Shown here: positions 9,207 to 18,824 of the stretch, piece after piece | Position numbering within the stretch: position 1 is the stretch's first letter | How the letters are laid out: each line of letters opens with the position of its first letter | Assembly: GCA_964624255.1 (NCBI GenBank) | Contig: CAZUWV010000001.1 | Location: 11,666 to 75,665 of the forward strand | Source of the DNA: an uncultured Zetaproteobacteria bacterium | Lineage (GTDB): Bacteria; Pseudomonadota; Zetaproteobacteria; Mariprofundales; Mariprofundaceae | Direction of reading: 5' to 3' | Length of the DNA: 64,000 nucleotides | Notes under the pieces: model-generated | Databases searched by the model: none | Told to the model about the DNA's origin: nothing | Seen by the model: only the letters and a program-made list of their open reading frames with translations | Translations under genes and position numbers: made by a program

Positions 9207-10610
9207 ATGGGAAAGACTCTGTTTGACAAGGTCTGGGAACAGCATGTGGTGCGCAAGAACGACGATGGTTCCACCCTGTTATATATTGATCGGCATTTGA
9301 TCCATGAGGTAACCAGTCCGCAGGCCTTCGAGGGATTGAGGATAGCGGAGCGTTTGCCATGGCGCGCGGGTGCCGCAGCCGCGACACCTGACCATAACGT
9401 ACCGACCGAGCATCGGGACAGGGGTATTACCGATCCCGTTTCGCGGGTGCAGGTCGAAGCTCTGGACAGGAACTGCCAGGAATTCGGCATACGCGAGTTT
9501 GGTATGGGTGATGTACGGCAGGGTATTGTGCATGTAGTGGGGCCCGAAGAGGGGCTGACGCTGCCGGGCATGACGTTGGTTTGTGGCGATTCCCATACGT
9601 CCACGCACGGCGCGCTGGGCGCTATTGCCGTGGGCATCGGCACATCGGAAGTTGAACATGTGCTGGCAACCCAGTGTCTGATCCAGACAAAGCCTAAAGC
9701 GATGCGCATCCGTATGGATGGCTTCCTGCAGAGAGGTGTAACAGCCAAGGATATGGCCTTGTATATCATTGGCTGTATTGGTACGGCTGGCGGATCGGGA
9801 TATGCCATTGAGTTTTCCGGTTCTGCTGTGCGCGGGTTATCCATGGAAGGACGTATGACCCTCTGTAATATGACCATTGAGGCGGGCGCGCGCTGCGGCA
9901 TGGTGGCCGTGGATGGTACCACGATTGAATATGTGAGGGGTCGTGCGTTTGCACCGGAGGGCGGATTATGGGATGCAGCCGTGGCGGCATGGCGCGAGCT
10001 GTATTCCGATGAAGGCGCGGTGTTCGACAGGGAATATGTATTTAATGCGACGGGAATACCGCCGATGGTGTCGTGGGGAACGAGTCCAGAGATGGTGGTT
10101 CCGGTGACGGGGTCCGTTCCGGTGCCGGATGAGGCGTGCGATGAGGTCCAGCGTGAGTCCTGGCTGCGGGCGCTGCAATATATGGGCCTTGGCGCGGGTA
10201 TACCAATCCGGGATATTGTCGTGGATAAGGTATTTATCGGTTCCTGTACCAACGGACGCATTGAAGATTTCCGCGCCGCTGCAAGGGTCATAGGAGGTAA
10301 GAGAATCGCTCCGAACATCAAGTTGGCCATGGCGGTTCCGGGTTCCGGTTTGGTCAAAAGGCAGGCTGAGGAAGAAGGGCTGGACGATATTTTTCGCGGG
10401 GCCGGGTTCGAGTGGCGCGAACCCGGATGCTCGATGTGCCTGGCGATGAATGCCGACCGCCTGAATCCGGGCGAGCGCTGCGCATCAACCAGTAATCGCA
10501 ACTTTGAGGGGCGGCAGGGGCGAGGTGGACGCACACATCTGGTCAGTCCCGTCATGGCGGCGGCGGCGGCTATCGCCGGTCATTTTATTGATGTTCGGGG
10601 TTGGGATTGA
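9207..10610 (+). CDS. leuC: 3-isopropylmalate dehydratase large subunit
   Basis: The N-terminus [15 protein letters not shown] is canonical for LeuC, and aconitase-family Cys motifs are present ([20 protein letters not shown]). The listed ORF start at 8889 runs through the LysR gene. Confidence 0.95.
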   Translation: MGKTLFDKVWEQHVVRKNDDGSTLLYIDRHLIHEVTSPQAFEGLRIAERLPWRAGAAAATPDHNVPTEHRDRGITDPVSRVQVEALDRNCQEFGIREFGMGDVRQGIVHVVGPEEGLTLPGMTLVCGDSHTSTHGALGAIAVGIGTSEVEHVLATQCLIQTKPKAMRIRMDGFLQRGVTAKDMALYIIGCIGTAGGSGYAIEFSGSAVRGLSMEGRMTLCNMTIEAGARCGMVAVDGTTIEYVRGRAFAPEGGLWDAAVAAWRELYSDEGAVFDREYVFNATGIPPMVSWGTSPEMVVPVTGSVPVPDEACDEVQRESWLRALQYMGLGAGIPIRDIVVDKVFIGSCTNGRIEDFRAAARVIGGKRIAPNIKLAMAVPGSGLVKRQAEEEGLDDIFRGAGFEWREPGCSMCLAMNADRLNPGERCASTSNRNFEGRQGRGGRTHLVSPVMAAAAAIAGHFIDVRGWD

Positions 10611-10634
10611 ATGGGCCGCGAGAAGGAGACAGGC

Positions 10635-11273
10635 ATGCAGGCATTTACAACACTGGAGGCTTTGGTGGCGCCATTGGATCGCGCCAACGTGGATACGGAT
10701 GCAATTATTCCCAAACAGTTCCTGAAATCCATCCGCCGCACGGGCTATGGCCCTTACCTGTTCGATGAGTGGCGCTATCTGGATTATGGGGAGCCCGGTA
10801 TGGACTGCTCAAACCGCCCGAGAAATACCGATTTTGTTCTTAATCAGCCGCGTTACCAGGGGACAGGTATTTTGCTGGCGCGCGAGAATTTTGGCTGTGG
10901 ATCCAGCCGCGAGCACGCGCCGTGGGCGCTCCTGGATGGTGGGTTTCGTTGTGTAATCGCGCCCTGTTTTGCCGACATTTTTTACAATAACTGTTTCAAG
11001 AATGGAATCCTTCCCGTTGTATTGCAGGGTAAGGAAGTGGATAAGTTGTTCGTCTCATGCAAGGCCACACCGGCTTATACACTCAATATTGATTTGCAGG
11101 CGCAAACGGTGAGAACCCCGGAGGGGGATGTGCTTGCCTTTGAAATTGATACGTTTCGCAAGCACTGCCTGCTGGAAGGCCTGGACGACATCGCCCTGAC
11201 GCTAGGATATGCCGCCGATATTGATGCCTATGAGAAACAGCGTAGCGTCGATGCGCCCTGGCTTGACTTCTAA
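10635..11273 (+). CDS. leuD: 3-isopropylmalate dehydratase small subunit
   Basis: The sequence [31 protein letters not shown] and [13 protein letters not shown] are typical LeuD. An alternative start exists at 10611. Confidence 0.9.
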   Translation: MQAFTTLEALVAPLDRANVDTDAIIPKQFLKSIRRTGYGPYLFDEWRYLDYGEPGMDCSNRPRNTDFVLNQPRYQGTGILLARENFGCGSSREHAPWALLDGGFRCVIAPCFADIFYNNCFKNGILPVVLQGKEVDKLFVSCKATPAYTLNIDLQAQTVRTPEGDVLAFEIDTFRKHCLLEGLDDIALTLGYAADIDAYEKQRSVDAPWLDF

Positions 11274-11393
11274 CTTGAACCCTGGGTTTTATAAACAGGC
11301 CCAGGCAGGGAGAAAGAGTTTTTTCGTTGCCGTGGTTTTCTTGTGGCAGCTCGAATTTCAAGCTACATTTCAGTCTGTGTACGGGGGTGAAAA

Positions 11394-12080
11394 ATGCGTG
11401 TAACGATAAAATGTGTGATATCCGTAGCTTTGGCCATCGGTTTGGCCGCATGCGCCACCGTGCCCAATGACCGGAATGCCCAGGCCAAAGAGAAGGCAGC
11501 CGCGGGTGCCGTGTTGGGAGCCATTGCCGGGGCTATTATTGGTTTTCAGGGCGATCACTCGGGTGGCGCACTCAGGGGTGCGCTCATAGGCGGCGCCGCA
11601 GGCGGCGCTATTGGCGCAGGCGTGGGGCATTATATGGATAAGCAACAGGCTGAGTTTGAACACCAGTTGGCGAATGAGCGCGCCACCAACCAGGTTGAGA
11701 TCGAACGGCTTAAAAATCAGAGCCTGAAAATCACCATGAACAGTGAAGTATCATTTGCTTTCGATTCCGCGAATATTAAACCTGCTTTCCGTTCCACGCT
11801 GAATAAAGTCAGTGATATTTTGGCGCGCTATAGTCGCAGCCGTATCAAAATTGTGGGGTATACCGATAGCGTGGGCTCTGCGACCTATAATCAGGGACTT
11901 TCCCGGAGGCGTGCAGAGTCCGTCGCCTCTTACATCGAGAGCCGTGGCGTGCAGACGTCCCGTATCCGCACGGAAGGACGCGGAGAGTCCGACCCTCGGG
12001 CCAGCAATGCTACGGCAGCCGGTCGTCAGCTTAACCGACGTGTCGAACTGCTCATTATTCCCGATCAAAACATCCAGTGA
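11394..12080 (+). CDS. OmpA-family lipoprotein (Gly-zipper plus OmpA_C peptidoglycan-binding domain)
   Basis: Lipobox LAAC after a signal peptide, a Gly-rich GAIAGAIIG segment, and the OmpA_C motifs GYTDSVGSATYNQGLSRRRAESV and NRRVEL. Confidence 0.8.
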   Translation: MRVTIKCVISVALAIGLAACATVPNDRNAQAKEKAAAGAVLGAIAGAIIGFQGDHSGGALRGALIGGAAGGAIGAGVGHYMDKQQAEFEHQLANERATNQVEIERLKNQSLKITMNSEVSFAFDSANIKPAFRSTLNKVSDILARYSRSRIKIVGYTDSVGSATYNQGLSRRRAESVASYIESRGVQTSRIRTEGRGESDPRASNATAAGRQLNRRVELLIIPDQNIQ

Positions 12081-12116
12081 GCGATTCACCTCCATCTGTT
12101 CAGGGGCGGCACGGGC

Positions 12117-12262
12117 TAGCGGCTCTTGAGATTTATAGGGTGTAGCCGCCATACGGCTGGCCGACGAAAGATTTGGTGCGGACAAAGGGACCCCGCGAAC
12201 GAGATGTAGCAGATCCTGTGGGGGGCAAGGGGCGTGGCAGCGTTTGTGAATAGCGCAGCTTA
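12117..12262 (-). mobile_element. family-A MITE-like element, copy A6 (inverted orientation, diverged)
   Basis: It is flanked C-TA...TA-G. The internal GATTTGGTGCGGACAAAGGGA is the reverse complement of the family core TTCCTTTGTTCGCACCGAATC. The right end is TGTGAATAGCGCAGCT. Confidence 0.6.
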
Positions 12263-12277
12263 GTATAACCTTCAATC

Positions 12278-13936
12278 ATGTTCTCCACCCGGATTCCCCG
12301 CGAATTCATCTCTCTCTTGCACTACATGGCGCGGCTGTGGCCTTTACCGTTGTTGTTCGTGCTGGCGCAAACCATTATGCGCCTGAGTGGGAACAGTGGA
12401 CTTCTTGGACTTCCTCACTGGCTATCACTACTGGATTTTATTCTTTTCATGCTGGTGTTCGGGTTTGCTGCTGCATGGGCTTACTGGCCCATGCTGCTCC
12501 TTGAGCAACGTGCAAAGGGACGGGTCGGGCAGAGCAGGGCGGTTGAAATGGTGATGGCACAATTGCCGTTGCGCTCCCTGAAAGTATTTATCGTCGTTGG
12601 GGCGTGTTATGCCTCCTACCTGTTGCTTATGTCGTTGGGCGTCGCGGCGGCGGTGTCCGGCAGTCCCGTTCTAACGTCGCACATGATCATTTCGCTGGTG
12701 CTTCCCGTCTATTTTGGCATGGCGGTTCTCATCCCGTCTATCGCTGCTGCCACGGCGATCCGGCATGTGCTGAACCTGCGGCTCGCCCTCGGACCCAGAG
12801 AGACGTTTCCGGCGGATGCCAGAGAATTATATTCCCTGCACTATTTTACGGATTCTTCCCGGCGTCCATGGCTGGTTTTTCTCGTGACGGGTCTGATCCC
12901 TGCCAGCCTCCTGGCTATTCAGGCATGGATGGCGACCAGATCCGACCAGCCGGTGGAGCAGCACTTTATTGCCGCGCAAGGGCTGGTACTATTCGTTATT
13001 TATGTTCTGGCCAGTACCTATCTGATCTTTCTTGTTAGCCGGTCCCTTAAGCTGGTGATTAGCGAGCTGGCCAAGGGGCTGGAGTTTATGCGGCAGGGAA
13101 ATTTCGAGGGCCGCATACCGGTCCTTATCGACGACGATTTGGGTGAGCTGGCCAAGGGTCTGAATACCGCCCTTCATGGCCTGCAGGAGCGGGAAGACCT
13201 GAAAGATTCCCTAAAGATTGCAACGGAGATTCAGCAGGGTTTGTTGCCGGATGCGCCGCCCGATGTCTCCGGTTATGCCTTTTGTGCTTTCGAGCAGAGT
13301 TGCTATTCCGTTGGCGGAGACTATTACGATTTTATCACCCTTTCCGACGGACGTATCTGGCTGGTGATTGCTGATGTGGCGGGAAAGGGCTACCCGGCGG
13401 CGCTAACCGTGGCTAACCTGCAAGCGATGCTGCATGCGCTGGCGGCCGAGAACGTCCCCTTCGACAAGGCTATAGATTATGTCAACAGGGCGCTGTTCCA
13501 GACCCTTGCAGGGGGAAGGTTCGTCACTCTGTTTATAGCTAAATTACAGCCGCAAAGTCATTCGATGCTATGGCTGAATGCCGGACATGTGCCACCCATG
13601 CTATTGACGGATACGGGCGTGGAACGCTTGCATGCCTCTATCCCGCCCCTTGGGATGATGCCGGAAATCAGCATTGAGCCGCAAAGGATCAGGCTTCATG
13701 CGGGGGATACTTTGCTGGCTTACACGGATGGCATCACCGAGGCGCATAGCGCCAGGGGTCGGGATGCGAGCGGGGAAATGTTTGGCGATCAACGTCTGGC
13801 GGACTGGCTTGTCGCACACAGGGAATCACGGCTCGTGGATTTCCCGGGACAGTTGTTGAAGGCATTAAAACTGTTTGGTCAGACAATCCAGGAAGACGAT
13901 ATCACACTGTTGTGCCTGAAACGGGAGAAAATATGA
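12278..13936 (+). CDS. membrane-bound HAMP-domain PP2C (SpoIIE/RsbU-type) serine phosphatase
   Basis: 552 aa with a multi-spanning hydrophobic N-terminal half and a HAMP-like linker. PP2C motifs are present: GGDYYDF, ADVAGKGYPAAL and YTDGITEA. Confidence 0.8.
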   Translation: MFSTRIPREFISLLHYMARLWPLPLLFVLAQTIMRLSGNSGLLGLPHWLSLLDFILFMLVFGFAAAWAYWPMLLLEQRAKGRVGQSRAVEMVMAQLPLRSLKVFIVVGACYASYLLLMSLGVAAAVSGSPVLTSHMIISLVLPVYFGMAVLIPSIAAATAIRHVLNLRLALGPRETFPADARELYSLHYFTDSSRRPWLVFLVTGLIPASLLAIQAWMATRSDQPVEQHFIAAQGLVLFVIYVLASTYLIFLVSRSLKLVISELAKGLEFMRQGNFEGRIPVLIDDDLGELAKGLNTALHGLQEREDLKDSLKIATEIQQGLLPDAPPDVSGYAFCAFEQSCYSVGGDYYDFITLSDGRIWLVIADVAGKGYPAALTVANLQAMLHALAAENVPFDKAIDYVNRALFQTLAGGRFVTLFIAKLQPQSHSMLWLNAGHVPPMLLTDTGVERLHASIPPLGMMPEISIEPQRIRLHAGDTLLAYTDGITEAHSARGRDASGEMFGDQRLADWLVAHRESRLVDFPGQLLKALKLFGQTIQEDDITLLCLKREKI

Positions 13937-15336
13937 GCCAATCAAGCAGGGGGGAGCGCAAGGGTTATCGAACGGAGTGCGATTCTATGGGTGAGATACA
14001 GGTGCCGCTTGATGTGATGTACGGCGCTTCCACAGCCAGGGCTGTTGAGAATTTCCCGGTATCCGGCCTGCGCTTCCCGCGCGAGTTGATCAAAGCGCTG
14101 GGACGTATCAAGCAGGCTGCCGCAACGGTGAATGAGGGGTTAAAAAAGCTGGATGACGAACGCGCCTTATTGATCCGGCAGGCGGCGATGGAGCTGGCTG
14201 AGGGGCGGTGGGATGACCAGATGGTGCTCGATATTTTTCAGACCGGATCAGGCACGTCTACAAACATGAATGCCAATGAGGTCATTGCGCACCGTTGCGC
14301 GCAACTGGATAGCGGGCTTCTGATACATCCAAACGATCACGTCAATATGGGGCAGTCGTCGAATGACGTGATTCCAACCGCAATCCATGTCGCCGCCGCC
14401 GACCTTCTCGTTTATGAACTGTTGCCCGCCCTGCGGCATCTTCACGCCCAACTTGCCGGAAAATCGGAGAAAACACGCGATATAGTTAAAATTGGCCGTA
14501 CGCATTTGATGGATGCGACGCCTATCACGCTTGGTCAGGAAATTTCCGGCTGGGCGCGGCAGGTGGAACTCGGTATCGCACGACTGGAGGCAGCCATGCC
14601 TCGCCTTGCGGAACTCGCCATTGGTGGTACGGCGGTCGGCACGGGGCTGAATACGCATCCCGCATTCGGTGCTCGCATGGCGGATGAATTATCCTCTTCC
14701 TATGATATCGAGTTTAGCGAGACCTCCAATCATTTTGAGGCGCAAGCGGCGCAGGATGCAAGCGTGGAGCTTTCCGGGGCACTAAAAACGCTGGCGGTGT
14801 CGCTGCTCAAAATTACCAATGATGTGCGTCTTCTCAATGCTGGCCCGCGATGTGGTATCGGCGAAATTACGGTACCCGCCGTACAGCCCGGTTCTTCAAT
14901 CATGCCGGGTAAGGTTAATCCGGTGATGGCCGAATCGCTGGCGCAAGTCGCGGTCCAGGTGATTGGCAATGATACGGCGATTGCCTTTGGTGGTGCTTCC
15001 GGGTTGCTCGACTTGAATGTGATGTTGCCGGTGATGGCGCACAATCTGCTTGAATCTGAGCGGCTACTGGCTAATGTCTGCCGTATATTTGCGGATAAGT
15101 GCATCGCGGGTCTGACGGCAAACCGCGAAAAATGTGCCGAGCAGATCGAATGGAGCATGAGTATGGTGACATCATTGGCACCGAAGATCGGCTATAACAA
15201 GGCGGCTGAGATAGCCAAAAGGGCCGTCGCCGAAGGCAAAACGGTGCGCCAAATATGTTTGGACATGAATATTCTGCCGGAGGTTGAGCTGAATGCGCTG
15301 CTCGACCCAAGAACCATGCTTCGTCCGCATACATAG
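13933..15336 (+). CDS. fumC: class II fumarate hydratase (aspartase/fumarase superfamily)
   Basis: Superfamily signature GSSIMPGKVNP, plus SSNDVIPTA and the N-terminal RTECDSMGEIQVP. The ATG at 13933 overlaps the phosphatase TGA (ATGA). I cannot fully exclude aspartate ammonia-lyase. Confidence 0.8.
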   Translation: MSQSSRGERKGYRTECDSMGEIQVPLDVMYGASTARAVENFPVSGLRFPRELIKALGRIKQAAATVNEGLKKLDDERALLIRQAAMELAEGRWDDQMVLDIFQTGSGTSTNMNANEVIAHRCAQLDSGLLIHPNDHVNMGQSSNDVIPTAIHVAAADLLVYELLPALRHLHAQLAGKSEKTRDIVKIGRTHLMDATPITLGQEISGWARQVELGIARLEAAMPRLAELAIGGTAVGTGLNTHPAFGARMADELSSSYDIEFSETSNHFEAQAAQDASVELSGALKTLAVSLLKITNDVRLLNAGPRCGIGEITVPAVQPGSSIMPGKVNPVMAESLAQVAVQVIGNDTAIAFGGASGLLDLNVMLPVMAHNLLESERLLANVCRIFADKCIAGLTANREKCAEQIEWSMSMVTSLAPKIGYNKAAEIAKRAVAEGKTVRQICLDMNILPEVELNALLDPRTMLRPHT

Positions 15337-15386
15337 CGTGAGCCACTACAGGATTTACTGGCTGCATATGTCAGGACCACTGTTCA

Positions 15387-18300
15387 ATGGGTGAGTTTCC
15401 ATCTCCGGGCGATGTGTTTCGGCAGATATTTGACGAGGCTCCTGCTCCTTTGTGGGTGGGGGATTTATCAGGTGTAAGAAAATTCATTGACCGATTGCGT
15501 TCCTCCGGGGTGGATGATCCAGGGGCGTACGTTGAGAGCCATCAGGAAGCAATCAGTGCGTGCGTAAAGAAGATCAACGTCATCCGGGTCAACAAAGCCG
15601 CGCTAAATTTGTATCAAGCCAATAATAATCAACAGTTTCTTGAAGGAATAAATAAAACCTTTACCCAGGAACCTGGTAGGGTATTCAGGGAAAACCTGGT
15701 TGCGCTGGCTGAGGGTGGAAGTTCTTCCGCCAGCGAGGCCGTAGCGAAAACGTTAACCGGGGAGGTGATCCATGTCTTGATACGCATATCGGTCGTGTCA
15801 GGATATGAGAATACATGGAGCCGCCTGCTGGTTTCCATGGATGACATCAGCGAGCGCAAGCAGGCCGAAGATGCTCTGGAGTCCAGCGAAGCTCGTTTCC
15901 TCGCCCTCACCGAAGCGAGTGCGGCCGCGATTTTCGTGTTCCGGGACAGGATACTTTATGCCAACCCGGCATTTGAGGAACTCTGGGGATATGCGTCGGA
16001 TGAGCTGAGGCATTTGGAAATTTCTGATTTGGTCGCGCCTGAATCGATTGCAGAGGTGCAGCAGCACTGGCAGGAACATAAACAGGGGAAAACTACGCCG
16101 AGCTACTATGAAATCAAGCTCAAGAGAAAGGATGGAGAAACGCGCTGGGGATGTTTGTCCTCGGGCCTGACAAAATATGATGGTCGGAATGCAGCCATCG
16201 GAATAATTATTGACATCACCGAGCGCAAGCGGATGGAGCAGAAACTGGAGCTGTTTCGTGATCTGATGGATGAGTCTAACGATGGCGTGTTCGTCATTGA
16301 GCCGGATACAGGCCGTTTCCTGGATGTGAACAAGGCAGCCTGTGTACGTTTGGGTTACAGTTTGGGAGAGCTCCTCACGATGGGGGTGCAGGACATTGAG
16401 ACCACGCTGCCCGATGCTCAGGCATGGAAAGCGCATGTGCGGGGGATGAAGGGGCCAGGTCTTCTCACTTTTGAGGGAGAACATCAACGCAAGAATGGCA
16501 GTGTACTTCCGGTAGAAATCAGCTCAAAATATGTACGTCAGGAGGATGGAGAGTTCATTGTCACAACCGTGCGCGACATCACCGCGCGAAAACGGCATGA
16601 ACGTTTGTTGGCGCGGCGCGAGCGGCAGTTGGCTGTATTGGCCGAGGCGGGTCGAAGTATCAATGAAACGCTGGATGAACGCCAGGTTGCCCGCACACTG
16701 GTCGATCTGGCGCGCCGTCTGGTGAACTGCGAAGCTGGCGGCGTTGGCTTGTACCGCGGCGGGAAGATGTGCTTTCGCGAGTATGCTTACAAAGATGAGT
16801 ATCGGCCGATTGAATTGGATTTCACGTCCGGATATGGCGTGCCGGGGCATGTTCTGGCAACGCGCGAATGCTATGTCAGCAACGATGCGATGCACGACGT
16901 GCATACGATTCCGGAAATTCGGCAGTCGCTCGATTTCTTCAAACTCGCCGATACACCGATTCTGGATGGGGAAGGAAATATCCTGGGGTGCTTCGAAATG
17001 CACGACCGCCTCGATGGCGAGGATTTTGACGACCAGGATATGGAGATGCTGAAATCCCTCGCCGGTATCGTAGCGGCTGCGCTACAGAATATGCGCTTGC
17101 TGGATGAGCGTACGCGGGCGAAGGAGCAATTGCGCAGAACAAATCGTACCTTGCGCATGCTTAGTGATTGCAATCAGGCGCTGATTCGCGCATCGGATGA
17201 GCAACGGCTGCTCGAAGAAATTTGCAGTCTTGTTGTAGGTGAAGGTGAGTACAGAATGGCCTGGGTGGGCGAAGTGGTTTATGATCATGAGCGTCACATC
17301 GTCCCTCTTGCCAAGGCGGGTTTTGAGGATGGCTACCTTGAATCGACCCGTATCTCGTGGGCGGACGACCAGTTTGGCAGGGGACCTGCCGGGCGGGCGA
17401 TTCGTGAAGGCCATCCGGTTGTCTGCCAGGATATTTTGCATGATCCGGTATTTTCCCCTTGGCGCGAGCAGGCTGCCGGGCGCGGCTATGCCTCCAGTAT
17501 GACCTTCCCCCTGACGGTGAATGGAGAAGTGGCGGGTTTACTGAATATCTACGCCTCAGAGCCGAACGCGTTTCATGCCGGGGAAATAGACTTGCTGGGA
17601 GAGTTGGCCGGGGATTTGGCTTTTGGTATTGAGGTGTTGCGAAACAGGCAGGCCAGAGAGATGTTGGAAGAACAGTTTGTTCAGGCCCAGAAAATGGAAG
17701 CTGTTGGTGCCCTGGCCGGTGGCCTCGCACACGATTTCAACAATATGCTGGCAGGCATGCTCGGTACGGTATATCTCGTCCGCAATACGCTGACGGATCA
17801 TCCAGAGGCGCGGGAGAAGCTGAAACTGGTCGAGACAACAGGATTCCGCGCTGCGGGGATGCTTGCACAATTGCTGACCTTTGCGCGCAAGGGTGCGACG
17901 AATATGCAGCCCATGTCATTACCCTCCTTCCTGAAAGAGGCATTCAAGCTGGCACATGGCGGTGTTCCCGAGAATATTAGCTTCACACTGGTCGTACCGG
18001 AAGGCGAATGTGTGGTGCTGGGTGATGCGACCCTGTTGCAACAGGTATTGCTGAACCTCGTTACCAATGCCAGGCACGCCGTTACCGGGCGAGTCCACCC
18101 GGTAATTCATGTTTCACTGAAGGTGTCGGAAGCGAATGAGGCCCTATGGAAACGCCATCCGGATATTCCGCGCAAGCGCTATGTCCGACTGACTGTGGAA
18201 GACAATGGACGTGGTGTCCCGGAGGCGTGCCGTGGAAAATTATTCGAGCCGTTCTTTACGACCAAGAGTGCTGGTGAAGGTACGGGGCTGGGCTTGTCCA

Positions 18301-18824
18301 TGGTGTATGGCGCGGTGCAGTCTCATCACGGTGTTATTGAGGTGGAAAGCGAGGAGGGAACAGGGAGCGCATTTCATGTATTTCTTCCCCTGCTTGAACA
18401 AGCCGATATCGCCCCCTCATCCGAGGAAGAAGAGGTGCGGGTAGAGGGTCATGGCGAAACTATCCTGTTGGCCGATGATGAGGAACTGGTGTGCGAAGTC
18501 TCCCGCGAACTATTAGAAAGCATGGGTTATCGCGTGTTGATAGCGGCCAATGGAGAAGAGGCAGTCAGACTGTTCGGCGAGCATCGGGATGAGATTCGTC
18601 TGGCCATACTGGATGTGGTCATGCCGCAGTTGAGTGGTGTAGATGCTGCGCTTCGCATGCGTGTGGCATCTCCGGGCTTGCCTATCCTGTTTCAAACAGG
18701 TTATGGCGAGAGGCAGGTTCGCAGAGAGATGGAGGGGCTGAAAGGCTGCCGTATTGTAAGTAAGCCAACATCTGTCCCCGAGCTTAGTCGTATTTTCCGC
18801 GAACTGTTGGATGGGGGCTCGTAA
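15387..18824 (+). CDS. hybrid sensor histidine kinase (N-terminal PAS-like module, 2 PAS, 2 GAF, HisKA, HATPase, receiver)
   Basis: 1145 aa with H-box [14 protein letters not shown], ATPase motifs DNGRGVP and GTGLGLSMV, and a receiver segment [18 protein letters not shown]. Confidence 0.85.
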   Translation: MGEFPSPGDVFRQIFDEAPAPLWVGDLSGVRKFIDRLRSSGVDDPGAYVESHQEAISACVKKINVIRVNKAALNLYQANNNQQFLEGINKTFTQEPGRVFRENLVALAEGGSSSASEAVAKTLTGEVIHVLIRISVVSGYENTWSRLLVSMDDISERKQAEDALESSEARFLALTEASAAAIFVFRDRILYANPAFEELWGYASDELRHLEISDLVAPESIAEVQQHWQEHKQGKTTPSYYEIKLKRKDGETRWGCLSSGLTKYDGRNAAIGIIIDITERKRMEQKLELFRDLMDESNDGVFVIEPDTGRFLDVNKAACVRLGYSLGELLTMGVQDIETTLPDAQAWKAHVRGMKGPGLLTFEGEHQRKNGSVLPVEISSKYVRQEDGEFIVTTVRDITARKRHERLLARRERQLAVLAEAGRSINETLDERQVARTLVDLARRLVNCEAGGVGLYRGGKMCFREYAYKDEYRPIELDFTSGYGVPGHVLATRECYVSNDAMHDVHTIPEIRQSLDFFKLADTPILDGEGNILGCFEMHDRLDGEDFDDQDMEMLKSLAGIVAAALQNMRLLDERTRAKEQLRRTNRTLRMLSDCNQALIRASDEQRLLEEICSLVVGEGEYRMAWVGEVVYDHERHIVPLAKAGFEDGYLESTRISWADDQFGRGPAGRAIREGHPVVCQDILHDPVFSPWREQAAGRGYASSMTFPLTVNGEVAGLLNIYASEPNAFHAGEIDLLGELAGDLAFGIEVLRNRQAREMLEEQFVQAQKMEAVGALAGGLAHDFNNMLAGMLGTVYLVRNTLTDHPEAREKLKLVETTGFRAAGMLAQLLTFARKGATNMQPMSLPSFLKEAFKLAHGGVPENISFTLVVPEGECVVLGDATLLQQVLLNLVTNARHAVTGRVHPVIHVSLKVSEANEALWKRHPDIPRKRYVRLTVEDNGRGVPEACRGKLFEPFFTTKSAGEGTGLGLSMVYGAVQSHHGVIEVESEEGTGSAFHVFLPLLEQADIAPSSEEEEVRVEGHGETILLADDEELVCEVSRELLESMGYRVLIAANGEEAVRLFGEHRDEIRLAILDVVMPQLSGVDAALRMRVASPGLPILFQTGYGERQVRREMEGLKGCRIVSKPTSVPELSRIFRELLDGGS

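Noticed and set aside
9074-10555. 493-aa ORF antisense to leuC. Similar long antisense ORFs exist at 35781-36671, 36717-37355 (both opposite czcA), 41189-41803 (ispB), 49413-50225 and 50562-51332 (rne), 26614-27390 (ilvC), 15798-16487 (kinase), 59854-60534 (accC) and 44068-44649 (TVP38).
   Set aside because: Each lies entirely opposite a gene with unmistakable conserved motifs. Their translations are low-complexity and Arg/Pro/Ser-rich with no recognisable domains. They are shadow ORFs of the kind common opposite GC-biased genes.
11274-11393. Possible terminator after leuD (CCTGGG - 13 nt - CCCAGG) and a sigma-54-like TGGCAG..ATTTC upstream of the OmpA-like gene.
   Set aside because: The stem is short with a large loop and no T-tract. 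The promoter-like sequence does not fit TGGCAC-N5-TTGC. The evidence is too weak to annotate.
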